DNA of 63,326 bases, filler included, from Octopus bimaculoides (GCF_001194135.2; 5 parts of 5 records of this genome joined end to end with filler, not necessarily neighbours in it); one strand, 5' to 3'; counted from the first letter of the whole stretch, positions 26,371-38,301 are shown. Made by a program: numbers and translations. Notes: generated by a model not told the origin, from the letters alone.

Positions 26371-27217
26371 TAACTGGTAAATATTAATAATTAAACTTGT
26401 AACCAACATGGAACTGAAAAAAAAAAAAGAAAAAAAAAAGAAAAGAGAAAGAAAAATACACTATTTTTGGCTGTGAATCTTTGATGAACGAAATTACAGA
26501 CAGGTTTTCTTTCGTCAGATTTAAGAATCTTAATCCTGTTTCTTTAAATCTTTTGAGTGTTAAACTCTTTGGGTTGGGCAGGGAAGGGGTAGAAAGACAG
26601 ATTTCTTAAACAGGAGAAATTGAAGATTTGAATCATCTGGCAGTAGGAAAGGAAGTAGAACAACATCCAAAAACTCCTGTGTCAGCCAACATAAGTTTGC
26701 TCCAAGGATATTCACGTAGCTGCCTTTGTTACTTAAACCCAGCTTGCTGTAATATAATTGAGAGAGNNNNNNNNNNNNNNNNNNNNNNNNNNNNNNNNNN
26801 NNNNNNNNNNNNNNNNNNNNNNNNNNNNNNNNNNNNNNNNNNNNNNNNNNNNNNNNNNNNNNNNNNNNNNNNNNNNNNNNNNNNNNNNNNNNNNNNNNNN
26901 NNNNNNNNNNNNNNNNNNNNNNNNNNNNNNNNNNNNNNNNNNNNNNNNNNNNNNNNNNNNNNNNNNNNNNNNNNNNNNNNNNNNNNNNNNNNNNNNNNNN
27001 NNNNNNNNNNNNNNNNNNNNNNNNNNNNNNNNNNNNNNNNNNNNNNNNNNNNNNNNNNNNNNNNNNNNNNNNNNNNNNNNNNNNNNNNNNNNNNNNNNNN
27101 NNNNNNNNNNNNNNNNNNNNNNNNNNNNNNNNNNNNNNNNNNNNNNNNNNNNNNNNNNNNNNNNNNNNNNNNNNNNNNNNNNNNNNNNNNNNNNNNNNNN
27201 NNNNNNNNNNNNNNNNA

Positions 27218-27944
27218 GTGGCGGTGATGGTAGATGATGATATCAACACTGAAGACACTGATGTAGACGAAAGAGTGGTTTGCAATGATGATGATGATGA
27301 TGGTGATGGTGGTGGTGGTGGTGGTGGTGGTGGTAATGATGATGATGACAATGTGGATGATGGCGACGATGCTGCTGCTGGGGCTGTTGCTGCTGATGCT
27401 GACGATGACGAAGAAGAGAGATAAGTAGTAGCAGAGGAAGAAAATGGTGTTGTTGACTTTGGTTCTGCTGACGGTAAAGGAGATTTGAGCAGACCTTGCG
27501 AGACTTTGTCGGTCTCGTTATTTTGAACGCGGGTAGAATGTGTGGTTAAAAGTAGGGAGCTAGAAATGTCTGTAGCAGAAGGGGTCGTATTTTCACATTC
27601 ATTAGAAGGTCCACTAAATGATGCTGATGATTGCTCTGTACTCGTAACGGAGCCTTTCGTGATATCATACATTTCGGATTCCTGGCCAGCTGAAGCAGCT
27701 CCACGTAGATTGAGGATTTTGTTTCCGCACTCATTAGAAGATCCGCTAGATGGCGCTGTCGACTGCTCTGTAATTGTCATAGAGCTTTTTGTGGCATCAT
27801 ACATTTCACATTCCTGGCCAGCTGTAGCAGATGAACTCACTCCAGCACTGGATGTCTCTTGAGCGTTAATCTCACCATGGTATGAAAGAAGTGATGATGA
27901 GGGGAGAGGATCTTTGTGAAAGAGGAAAATTGGCCGTTGGAAAC
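27218..27944 (-). CDS. MEPCE: MEPCE last recognisable exon: GFQRPIFLFHK plus long S/T/P-rich extension running into an N gap
   Basis: Acceptor tttcctttttag, then GT TTC CAA CGG CCA (G-F-Q-R-P-I-F-L-F-H-K, the conserved end of the Bin3 domain). No stop for 727 nt up to the gap at 27217. The first ~35 nt are high confidence; the true 3' end is unknown. Confidence 0.8.
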
Positions 27945-28039
27945 CTAAAAAGGAAAGAAAACAAAATATCAAAATAATTAAAATATTCAATGCAAAAAGC
28001 TAAGGAGATAAAGAACTCATTATTGACTAATATTGTTCA

Positions 28040-28392
28040 TTCTTATGGTAAAGAGTAAAGACACCCTTCGGTCATGAATGACCATGAGATTGCACCTAGA
28101 AAGTTACACTCCGAGGCACAAGTCCAGGCAAAGTTGTTTTTTTGGTAGACCTGCAGTCGCTCATGCATACCAGTCTCCCCCTCCACACCACCGATGTTGT
28201 CCAAGTGAAAAGCAAAGGCCAATACAGCTTGGCATCAGTGATGTTGCAACTCATTTCGACAGCTGAGCAAACTGGAGCAACATGAAATAAAGTGTCTTGC
28301 TCAAGAACACAACACACAGCCCGGTCCAGGAATTGAACTCACTACCTCATGACTGTGAGCTCAAAACTGTAACTACTGAGTCATGCGCCTTA
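28040..28392 (-). mobile_element. SINE family E (tRNA head, CORE-like central block)
   Basis: cagctgagcaaactggagcaacatgaaataaagtgtcttgctcaagaacac...ggaattgaactc. Related fragments lie at ~20180-20310 and 57555-57730. Confidence 0.7.
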
Positions 28393-28559
28393 AGAACTAT
28401 GGATGTGTTCCAGTCTTAAAGTATAAACTTTACTATACTTGCTGAAGCAATGAAGAGAGAGCTACTTAGCAAATATAAAAGAATGTATATTTCTTGGCAT
28501 ATAAAAAGAAAATTAATACAGACTACTGTCATTTCTTGGTAGCATGTCCCCATGATCTT

Positions 28560-28875
28560 GTTAATTTTTCTTTAAGTGTCCATTTAATTGTGAGTAGGTA
28601 CAGACATGTCCTCCGTCTCCTGCTAGATCATCCTTCCAGGGCTTTACTCTCATTCAACACAACAGCTGTGGGCTGGAAGAGACCTTGTGGCAATCCCTGC
28701 ACCAGATAGTTGGGCATGACTGGGGAAAATCTCCAGAGGTTCGACTTCACCTTGGAGGATGCAGAGGGGCTGGCACAGGACTGCAAGCAAGTTAACGCAA
28801 TAGTTGTGGGCTGGAAGAGGCCTTGTGGCAAGCCATGCACCAGATGGCTGGGGATGACTGAGGAAAATCTCCAGT
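28560..28875 (+). mobile_element. RTE LINE C-terminal fragment with local duplication, in MEPCE intron
   Basis: RHVLRLLLDHPSRALL...GWKRPCGNPCTR*...LTLEDAEGLAQD. The GWKRP segment is repeated ~123 bp downstream, and a related 3' end lies at ~33740-33860. Confidence 0.65.
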
Positions 28876-28949
28876 ACTTATTTTTTAAGCCTGCAACTCA
28901 TTCTATCACTGCCATCACCTACCACCACAATTTCACACATATTTATGAC

Positions 28950-29082
28950 TAGGATTTTAGTTGAACAAATCAATCTACTTCGTTTTAAGCCTGGAACTTA
29001 TCTTATTGGTCTCTTTTGCTGATCTGCTAAGTTACAGGGACATAAACACATCAACACTGGTTGCCAAGTAGCCGTGGGGAAC

Positions 29083-29119
<37 letters not shown>

Positions 29120-29285
29120 AGGCCACTTTCTGTTTCTCTCTACCAAATCCACTCACAAGGCTTTGGTTGGCCTGAGGTGGTTATTGTAGAAAACACTTGC
29201 CCAAGGTGCCACGCTATCGGACTGAACCTGGAACCATGTGGTGAGGAAGTGAACTTCTTACCACACAGCTATGGCTGCACCTATG
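28950..29285 (-). mobile_element. SINE family B in MEPCE intron
   Basis: Diverged reverse-complement copy (ctaccaaatccactcacaaggctttgg...cttgcccaaggtgccacg). Confidence 0.8.
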
Positions 29286-29552
29286 ATGATATGATGATGA
29301 TGATCATCATCATCGTTTAACGTCCGCTTTCCATGCTAGCATGGGTTGGACGATTTGACTGAGGACTGGTGAAAACCAGATGGCTACACCAGGCTCCAAT
29401 CTGATTTGGCAGAGTTTCTACAGATTGATGCCCTTCCTAACCCTTCCTGAATGAAAAATTCCCAAATCATTATCTCTAAGTAATATATCAGTTGCCCACA
29501 ACTAAACTTCAAAGCAACATACCAGACTTGTATATCACACACTGAAGCTTAC

Positions 29553-29676
29553 CTTTTGCCTGGTTGAAAGGGACGTCTATGACTTCGTAACGTGAAAAAC
29601 CAATTTGTTCAATTAGATATTCTGCAAAATTGTCAGGTTTTAAATGTATATTCTGGAAGTTTTTCCGAATGTTTTC
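29553..29676 (-). CDS. MEPCE: MEPCE exon (124 nt, phase 0/1)
   Basis: Read by hand, not in the ORF track: ENIRKNFQNIHLKPDNFAEYLIEQIGFSRYEVIDVPFNQAK+G. Matches the MEPCE segment ETIYKNYYRIQLKPEQF..GFS.YE. Acceptor tttcag, donor gtaagc, frame continuous with both neighbours. Confidence 0.93.
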
Positions 29677-30749
29677 CTGAAAGAACAAACAAAATTGTTA
29701 GAAATAATCAACTTGTCCAAAATATAGTTTAAAGAAATAAGTTTCAAAAATTAAACAGAAGCACAACAAAGGAAAAGTCACAAGACATGGTCATGCTCAT
29801 TCCTTGTTAGTTATCGTCAAAAAAAAAAACAAATCATTACAATTTCACGCCTTTAATGATAATATTATTCATTTTTGGTGGCGTCAACAGTGCATCGCTG
29901 TCTTGCAAACAACTCACATATGCAAGTGCAACCATTCGAGAACTCCGCATACCGGAAGCCAGCAAGTGTATGGGGTCATCAGGAGAGAATGCGCGCCGTT
30001 TCGGGGCCTACCACTAGACAGCATCAATGCCCCCCCCCCTCACTGATACGAAGCCCCGCTTGCTAGATCAACTGGTCATTAAAAACAAAGCTCAATATTT
30101 CTCTAGCCAATATTAAGCGAATGTTGATGAATGCGACAGAAACAAATATGACACAGGTATAAATGTAAAATATATAAACAAAATAAAGGTCGTGATACAC
30201 TGAGACAAGACTTGTATATAAGTAATGTAATGGAGAATGTCCTATAGGACTGCAAATAGGAAATGGAAAGATGAAAAGAACTCTTCACTGATGAGATCCT
30301 AAGACTGACACACATCTGAGTGAATGGTGGAAAAATGAACTTTTCATCATCATCATCGTTTAACGTCCGCTTTCCATGCTGGCATGGGTTGGACAGTTCG
30401 ACTGGGGTCTGGGAAGCCAGGAAGCTGCACCAGGCTCCAATCTGATCTGGCAGTGTTTCTACAGCTGGATGCCCTTCCTAACGCCAACCACTCCAAGAGT
30501 GTAGCGGATGCTTTTTACATGCCACCAGCACAGGGGCCAGAGGAGGCTGGCATTGACCCACGTTTGGATGGTGCTTTTACGTGCCACCAGTCATGTTCAG
30601 ATGGTGCTTTTTACATGCCACTGGCGTAGGAGATCTTTAAAAATTTGATTTAGACTTTTTGTAGCAATATCAACTGGTTCTGGAAACTTCCATGAAGTAA
30701 AAAGAAAAACATGGAAAACTTTAGCTCAACTGATTTAGTAGTTATTAAA

Positions 30750-30950
30750 GAATTAGCTTACAGGTTTGTTCTAAACATGCTTACAGGTATTTTTACAGGT
30801 ATTTTTACCGGTATTCTTACAGATATTATTACACGTAAATTATTGAAGAATTAGCTTACAGGTTTGTTCTAAACATGATTACAGGTATTTTTACCGGTAT
30901 TCTTACAGATATTATTACACGTAAATTATTGAAGAATTAGCTTACAGGTA
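30750..30950 (+). repeat. ~90-bp tandem repeat (2.2 copies) built from ttacagg sub-units
   Basis: gaattagcttacagg recurs three times, with near-identical intervening sequence. Confidence 0.8.
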
Positions 30951-31733
30951 CTGTACTGAGTCTTTCGAGAGACACATGACTCTTACTTCTAAGTAGGTAC
31001 CAAAAAGGTCAAGGTTGTACCTACTTTACCTATAGATAGTTACCACTGGGAGGTACAGCTATCCATAAAGAGGTACTATTGGGAGGTACAGCTCTCTAGC
31101 GTTTAAGTGATAAGTTTTATAAACATGTATTAATAAGAGTTCTGATGGCCTTAATGAGTTTTCATATAGTTATTTCTATTATTATTACAATAGTTTTTTG
31201 CGCTTTCCAAGCAAACACTCTCGGTTTATAAATTTGTTTCATTCACAAAATCAATTTCTTTTTTTTNNNNNNNNNNTTTTTTTTTTTTTTTCTGGTTGGA
31301 AGTAAAGAATGTGAGAGCGTGGGAGAAGTATGACTGGCCAAGTCACCGGTCGAGCGAAAAAAGGGAATTGAAAAGAGAAAAGGAGAGGAGGTGGGAGAGA
31401 AAAACGTGGTGGAGGGCAGAGACAGAAGAAGCAATGGAGAGGTAAGATAGTGAGAGAGGAAAAGAAAAGAAAAAGAGACTTCACACAAATATATATATAT
31501 ATATACATATATATATAAATATAACAAATAATAAATGAGTATATGCATATATACGTACAGGTATGTGCATACCTACGTCTACCTGTATATATAGGTGCAT
31601 ATCTGGGTACAGGATATTGCAAACAAAACACAGACAAAAAAATAATAATAACCAGAGAACACACACACAGAGGCCACATAGAGAACATTTTCCTTCATCA
31701 GCTACCCCCATTCTAACACAGGCGTTTTGAAGA

Positions 31734-31769
<36 letters not shown>

Positions 31770-32122
31770 GCAATTTCAACTGATAACAGTCATCTTCTAC
31801 GGCAAATAAGAGAGAAAACAATTATAACAAGGCATTGATGTATTAAATGAAACCATGCTGAAAGACTTGAAGCTGACCTAGTGTAGAAGGAGNNNNNNNN
31901 NNNNNNNNNNNNNNNNNNNNNNNNNNNNNNNNNNNNNNNNNNNNNNNNNNNNNNNNNNNNNNNNNNNNNNNNNNNNNNNNNNNNNNNNNNNNNNNNNNNN
32001 NNNNNNNNNNNNNNNNNNNNNNNNNNNNNNNNNNNNNNNNNNNNNNNNNNNNNNNNNNNNNNNNNNNNNNAAAAAAAAAAAAAAAAAAAAGAGGAAGCGA
32101 AGAAAAAAGGAAAGGGACTTAC

Positions 32123-32341
32123 CGATATCCATTTGCGTTTTTTATAGGAGCCCCAAGCTTGTGGTTCTAAAATGAGCTTTCCTCCGGGTTTTAGTTGTCG
32201 GTACATTCTACGGAAAGATCTCTTCAAGCCAGCGTCTCCCCAGTTTAGATGAATCCATTTAGTCAAACTCATGGCCAAAATCAAATCATAGTCTGCTTTT
32301 TGCAAATCAAGAAAATCGTCATTTTCTGGCACGTAGTTGCC
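32123..32341 (-). CDS. MEPCE: MEPCE/Bin3 methyltransferase-domain exon (219 nt, phase 0/0)
   Basis: Translates to [73 protein letters not shown], the Bin3 signature (TKWxHLNWGDxGLKRxF...LEPQxW). Acceptor ttttctttcag, donor gtaagt. Confidence 0.95.
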
Positions 32342-32859
32342 CTGAAAGAAAATGAACAAAGAAACATGATTAAAAAACAAAATAAACTGTCATGATATGT
32401 AAGGGAGGTAACTTTTAAATGCAGAGTTAGCTCCCGTTTTGCAACGCCCCCATCATCACCGAACTTGAATTCCTTATTGTATTTTTCTTTAAAGGAAAAA
32501 TCAATGCAGTATGCCCTTCCCAGACTAATAAATGAATCCTCATTTCTCACAAAATTACAAACTTAACTTGGAGAATTAATATAAATAGAAATAGAAAAGT
32601 TCCATGATATCTCCGGAGCAAAAACGCGAAGACGGTGGAGGTGTTGGTGATGGCTTCGCAGTAATCGTCGAAAGACCTGCTCAACTATGCTATAACAAAA
32701 TCTACAAAAGACATTTTATTTAAGAGTTAAAGGGCGAAATACATTGTCCATGCCCTATTTACAGGACCTCAAGACTTGGGAGAAAGGAGGCGGGAGAGAA
32801 ACCACAATTTGTGAAAGCTTGTGATACGAGCGGACTCCGTAAAAGGCACAATGGCCAGT

Positions 32860-33015
32860 TATTGAGTTTAAAACAGCAACCGCAAGCTCAAAGCTTGGCT
32901 CTGGGTTCAGTCCCACTGTGTGTCACTTTAGGCAAATGTCTTCTACTATAGCCTCGGACTGAACAAAGCCTTGTGAGTGGATTTAGTAGACAGAAACTGA
33001 AAGAAGCCTGTCGTA

Positions 33016-33060
<45 letters not shown>

Positions 33061-33415
33061 ATCTGTGTATGTATTTACATCCCTGTAACTCAGCAGTTTG
33101 GCAAAAGAAACCAATAGAATAAGTACTAGGCTTAAAAAACTAAAATCTTTCAAGGCGGTGCTCCAGCATGGCCACAGTTAAATGACTAACAAATAAAAGA
33201 ATATATGTCTATGTGTGCCTTTGTGTTGTGTTTGTCTCCTACCACCACCTGATAGCTGTTGGTTTGTTTATGTTCCTGTAACTCAGTGATGTGGTAAGAG
33301 ACAGACATAAGAACCAGGCTTAAGAATAAGTGCAGGGGTCAGTTTCTGCGACTAAAACCTTAAAATCGGTGCCCCAGCATGGCCACAGTCCAAAGACTAA
33401 AACAAGTAAAAGATA
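32860..33415 (+). mobile_element. SINE family B, one full copy plus an adjacent 3' half
   Basis: gggttcagtcccact...gccttgtgagtggattt...gctccagcatggccacag, with the tail repeated. Other B fragments lie at ~35040-35205(-), 36190-36330(+), 38490-38640(-), 39810-40130(-), 41420-41700(+), 53750-53900(+) and 59768-59850(+). Confidence 0.8.
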
Positions 33416-34000
33416 AAATTAAGCTAAGTCAAGCACAAACCAGAATATAGTAGTAACAACCAAGCTAGTTTCCATATTATGCAAATTAGGTCTAGCCCAT
33501 TGTGGCTTAGTTCTCTTCCTGAAGAGAGGAATGAGGAAATACTTGTCTTCTAGTGGACGACAAACCGTCAAATATTTCAGGTCAATCTATTATTCTCTGA
33601 GTGCAAAGAAAATATATAATGCATTTACGTCTGTTTAACCATTTTGTTACTAACATGGTTCTGTTGAAACATCCAGTCTGCTTCAATTAATTTTTGAAAA
33701 ATAATGAATTTATTTAAATAATTTTGTTGTTATTAACCCTGCCATGCACGAGATGGCTGAACATGATCGGGGAAAGATCTGCAGAGGCTTGATGCCACAG
33801 GACCACTAGCAACAGAGAGCGCTGGTGGACTTGGTCAGCTCCATACATGATGATGCCTATCTCGTTTCATGGGGTTGAATTTATCTGAGGTTAGTGATGA
33901 CTTCAACACCATGAAGCGAGAGCAACAAACAGCTTTAACATTTAGCATTAAATGTAATACTTATTTATTCTCATTGTTTTGAATTAACCATGCATTATCT

Positions 34001-34401
34001 TGGAGGCGCAATGGCCCAGTGGTTAGGGCAGCGGACTCGCGGTCATAGGATCGCGGTTTCGATTTCCAGACCGGGCGTTTTGAGTGTTTATTGAGCGAAA
34101 ATACTTAAAGCCCCACAAGGCTCTGGCAGGGGATGGTGGCGAACCCTGCTGTACTCTTCCACCACAACTTTCTCTCACTCTTACTTCCTGTTTCTGTTGT
34201 GCCTGTAATTCAAAGGGTCAGCCTTGTCACACTGTGTCACGTTGAATATCCCCGAGAACTACATTAAGGGTACACGTGTCTGTGGAGTGCTCAGCCACTT
34301 GCACGTTAATTTCACGAGCAGGCTGTTCCGTTGATCGGATCAACTGGAACCCTCGACGTCGTAAGCGACGGAGTGCCAACAACAACAACAACAACAACAA
34401 C
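34001..34401 (+). mobile_element. SINE family A
   Basis: Full-length copy with (AAC)n tail, lying upstream of the visible MEPCE exons (probably intronic). Confidence 0.9.
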
Positions 34402-35777
34402 AATCTTGTAACTTTGAGAGTGCAATGATGTGATCGTTTTATTTTTAGAACATTGTAGGGTAGGTGTGAGGGGCTGGATCTGGTTACTTCGAACATAAAA
34501 CAAGAGTATTTTGGCTGGATATGGTTAGTTTAAACGTTAAAAGATTTTAGACAGGCACTGTAGTGTAGGTGTGAGAGGCTGTATCTGGTTGGTTTAAACA
34601 TAAAACAGAATATTTAGGCTAGATATGATCAGTTTAGATACTAAAGAGTGAAGCTAGCATTTAGAACATAAATTAGCATGAATTTCTGATCAAAGATCAT
34701 TTAAAACAGGGAATTCACATCATAGAACCAGGGACAGTTTCAAGTAGGTGGGTACAAAAAAAGTTTAAAAAAAAAAATTTTTTTTAAAGTGGTTTAGCTA
34801 CTTTAAACTTATCTTAAGTTTTCTAACTTTGACTTATTTTCCATGCAGATGGCCACCCCAAATTACATACAGTAATTTATTCTCCTGCATAAATCTCAGT
34901 AATTATATGCAAGGTCACATTGTGCTCAACTAAATAAATGATGAATCATAATTAGACTGTTTATAAAAATAATATGCACAGTTCTTTTAATCTTGAAATT
35001 CAGTAGGGAAGTGTAACAATTGGAGGCACAAACACACACAGAACTGGCTTCTTTCAGTTTCCATCTACCAAATCCACTCACAAGGCTTTGGTGGGCCTGA
35101 GGCTATAGCAGAAGATACTAGCTCAAGGTGACACATAGAGGGACTGAACCCAGAAACATGTGGTTGAGAAGCAAACTTCTTATTACACCACTATGCCTGT
35201 ACCTATATANNNNNNNNNNNNNNNNNNNNNNNNNNNNNNNNNNNNNNNNNNNNNNNNNNNNNNNNNNNNNNNNNNNNNNNNNNNNNNNNNNNNNNNNNNN
35301 NNNNNNNNNNNNNNNNNNNNNNNNNNNNNNNNNNNNNNNNNNNNNNNNNNNNNNNNNNNNNNNNNNNNNNNNNNNNNNNNNNNNNNNNNNNNNNNNNNNN
35401 NNNNNNNNNNNNNNNNNNNNNNNNNNNNNNNNNNNNNNNNNNNNNNNNNNNNNNNNNNNNNNNNNNNNNNNNNNNNNNNNNNNNNNNNNNNNNNNNNNNN
35501 NNNNNNNNNNNNNNNNNNNNNNNNNNNNNNNNNNNNNNNNNNNNNNNNNNNNNNNNNNNNNNNNNNNNNNNNNNNNNNNNNNNNNNNNNNNNNNNNNNNN
35601 NNNNNNNNNNNNNNNNNNNNNNNNNNNNNNNNNNNNNNNNNNNNNNNNNNNNNNNNNNNNNNNNNNNNNNNNNNNNNNNNNNNNNNNNNNNNNNNNNNNN
35701 NNNNNNNNNNNNNNNNNNNNNNNNNNNNNNNNNNNNNNNNNNNNNNNNNNNNNNNNNNNNNNNNNNNNNNNNNNNNN

Positions 35778-36120
35778 ATAGGATCGCGGTTTCGATTCCC
35801 AGACCAGGAGTTGTGAGTGTTTATTGAGCGAAAACACCTAAAGCTCCACGAGGCTCCGGCAAGGGATGGTGGCGAACCCTGCTGTACTCTTTCACCACAA
35901 CTTTCTTTCACTCTTACTTCTTGTTTCTGTTGTGCCTGTATTTCAAAGGGTCAGCCTTGTCACACTGTGTCATGCTGAATATCCCCAAGAACTACGTTAA
36001 GGGTACACGTATATCTGTGGAGTGCTCAGCCACTTGCACGTTAATTTCATGAGCAGGCTGTTCCGTTGATCGGATCAACTGGAACCCTTGACGTTGTAAG
36101 CGATGGAGTGCCAACAACAC
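35778..36120 (+). mobile_element. SINE family A (head lost in gap)
   Basis: Same body and tail sequence, starting at the gap edge. Confidence 0.88.
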
Positions 36121-36843
36121 AACACTATACATAGCTATGAAGCAGTCAGGCATGACTTACTTGATAAAACTGAACAGAGTTTTTTTTAATTTAGTTGATA
36201 GGCACAAGTGTGGCTGTGGTGTGAAGTTTGCTTCCCAACCATATGATTCTGGGTTCAGTTCCACCGTATGGCACTTCAAGCAAGTATATTTTTACCAAAG
36301 CCTTGTGAGTGGATTTGGTAGATGGAAACTGAACAATACAAACCACCTGCCTATCCGTCCCCCACACACTTCTAATAGATCAAGGCAGTTTTTGTCGAGA
36401 TTTGGATCTGCCAATTTCAGAATGCTGGTGGATCTCATTACCATCACAAAGTCAGTGACTACAACAGCGGCGACAACAACATCACCGAGTATGAGAGGAG
36501 AACAGTAAACTGTTTTACAAACATTTCCACTGAATCTAAACTGTTCAATGTTACAACTTTTAAGATGAGAAAAGAGAAAAAGAATGAGAAAAGCAAAAAA
36601 ATAAAAAAGAGGGGAAGGGAAGTGCAATAAATTTCTCATTACCAACAGAAAAAAAAGGAGAACAAAAAAAAAAAGACCTTGAATTACAATACATATAGGG
36701 TTCCAGCTGGCCATGTCAATAAAACACTAACCTACTGACCCCTATTCTATCATTGATGATGTTGCAATGTGCCCCTAACAAAAAAATTTCACTCAGCCAG
36801 CTTTGAATATATGCAAGGATATGACAGAATTCATTGTATTAAG

Positions 36844-36892
<49 letters not shown>

Positions 36893-37217
36893 GTTCGTAG
36901 TTTTATTTTTATAACGTGCTTTCACTTCACTACCGAGCGCAGCTCTCTGTGCCTTGGGTATGTGCTGTGGTTTGCTGTGATGCTCTTATGGTTACTGTAT
37001 TGAAAGTGTTTTGCGTAGGATGTGTGCAGTACCCAGTAGTGCAATTTTCTGTATGTTATATATATTTGTAAGTCCTGGTGTTTTTGTTATGTATTTGTCT
37101 GAATATTTTTTTATTATACCTAAGGCACCTACTATGATAGGAATTGTCTCTGTTTTTAGATTCCACATTCGAGTTACCTCTATTTCCAGGTCTTTGTATT
37201 TTGAAAGTTTTTCCATA
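36893..37217 (-). mobile_element. R4/Dong-like (restriction-like endonuclease) LINE, 3' fragment
   Basis: EKLSKYKDLEIEVTRMWNLKTETIPIIVGALG...LLGTAHILRKTLSIQ*, the C-terminus of an RLE domain, flanked on both sides by (TAA)n. Confidence 0.85.
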
Positions 37218-37256
37218 TTATTATTATTATTATTATTATTGTTATTGTTATTGTTA

Positions 37257-37293
<37 letters not shown>

Positions 37294-37296
<3 letters not shown>

Positions 37297-37510
37297 GGTG
37301 GTGAGCTGGCAGAATTATTAGCACATTGGGCAAAATGCTCAGTAGCATTATATCCACGTTGATGTTCTGAGTTCAAATTCCGCTGAAGTCGACTTTGCTT
37401 TTCATCCTTTCAGGGTCAATAAAATAAGTACCAGTGGAGTACTGGGTTGATGTAATCAACAAGTCCCCTTACCCCAAATTTCAGACCTTGCGTCTTCAGC
37501 AGAAAGGATT
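37294..37510 (+). mobile_element. Short SINE family C
   Basis: aaggtggtgagctggcagaa...ttctgagttcaaattccgc...ttcatcctttcagggtcaataaaataagtaccag. A reverse copy lies at ~39110-39320. Confidence 0.75.
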
Positions 37511-37919
37511 ATTATTATTATTATAATTATTATTTATTTCTTTATTGCCCACAAGGACCTAAACACAGAGGGGACAAACAAAGAGATTAAGTCGATTGCA
37601 CTGACCCCAGTGCGTAACTGATACTTATTTAATCAACCCCTGTCAATGTCTTTTGCTGAACTGCTAAGTTACAGGAACATTAATTAGCCAATACTGGTTG
37701 TCAAGCAGTGGTGGAGAACACGCACACACACAATGATGGTCTTCTTACCAAATCCATTCACATTGTTCCTAATTAATCATGCATTACCTTGTAGCTTCAA
37801 GATTTCACTGATATGATTGTTTTATTTTTAGAATGACATTGTAGAGTAGGTACGAGAGGACAGATCTGGCTGGTTTGAATACAAAACAGGTAGATTAAAT
37901 ACTAATTCACCTCCAAACA

Positions 37920-37956
<37 letters not shown>

Positions 37957-38265
37957 GAATGTTCTTGTAATTAAATCCATTTTTATTTACTAATTTAAAT
38001 TACTGACCATTTTCCTTTCTGTGTATGTATTTATATCAAGTTAAATTAAGTTGCAAAATTCATGATCTTAATTGAAAATGAAGATTAAATCAGAATAGAC
38101 ATTTTAAAAATAACAATTTCTAACTTTGGCACAAGGCCACTAATGTGTGTGTGTGTGTGTGTGTGTGTGTACNNNNNNNNNNNNNNNNNNNNNNNNNNNN
38201 NNNNNNNNNNNNNNNNNNNNNNNNNNNNNNNNNNNNNNNNNNCTAAGTTCATTTTTCTATGATGG

Positions 38266-38301
<36 letters not shown>

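Noticed and set aside
26560-27990. The 476-aa ORF as a stand-alone gene
   Set aside because: The start is intronic, and coding begins at the 27944 acceptor. Frame continuity across the 26767-27217 gap is unknowable.
32123-32341. BCDIN3D as an alternative identity
   Set aside because: [30 protein letters not shown] matches MEPCE, not the TMWIHLNHGD..L..FL pattern of BCDIN3D.
32400-32550. KFGDDGGVAKREL, superficially like the HECT DxGGxxRE motif
   Set aside because: It is a short isolated match in a MEPCE intron with no supporting HECT sequence or splice context.
36376-36780. Possible small exons (plus-strand IKAVFVEIW...EVQ*; minus-strand 43-nt gttag...gttagt segment)
   Set aside because: There is no homology to MEPCE or any protein I recognise, and both strands give equally plausible short frames.
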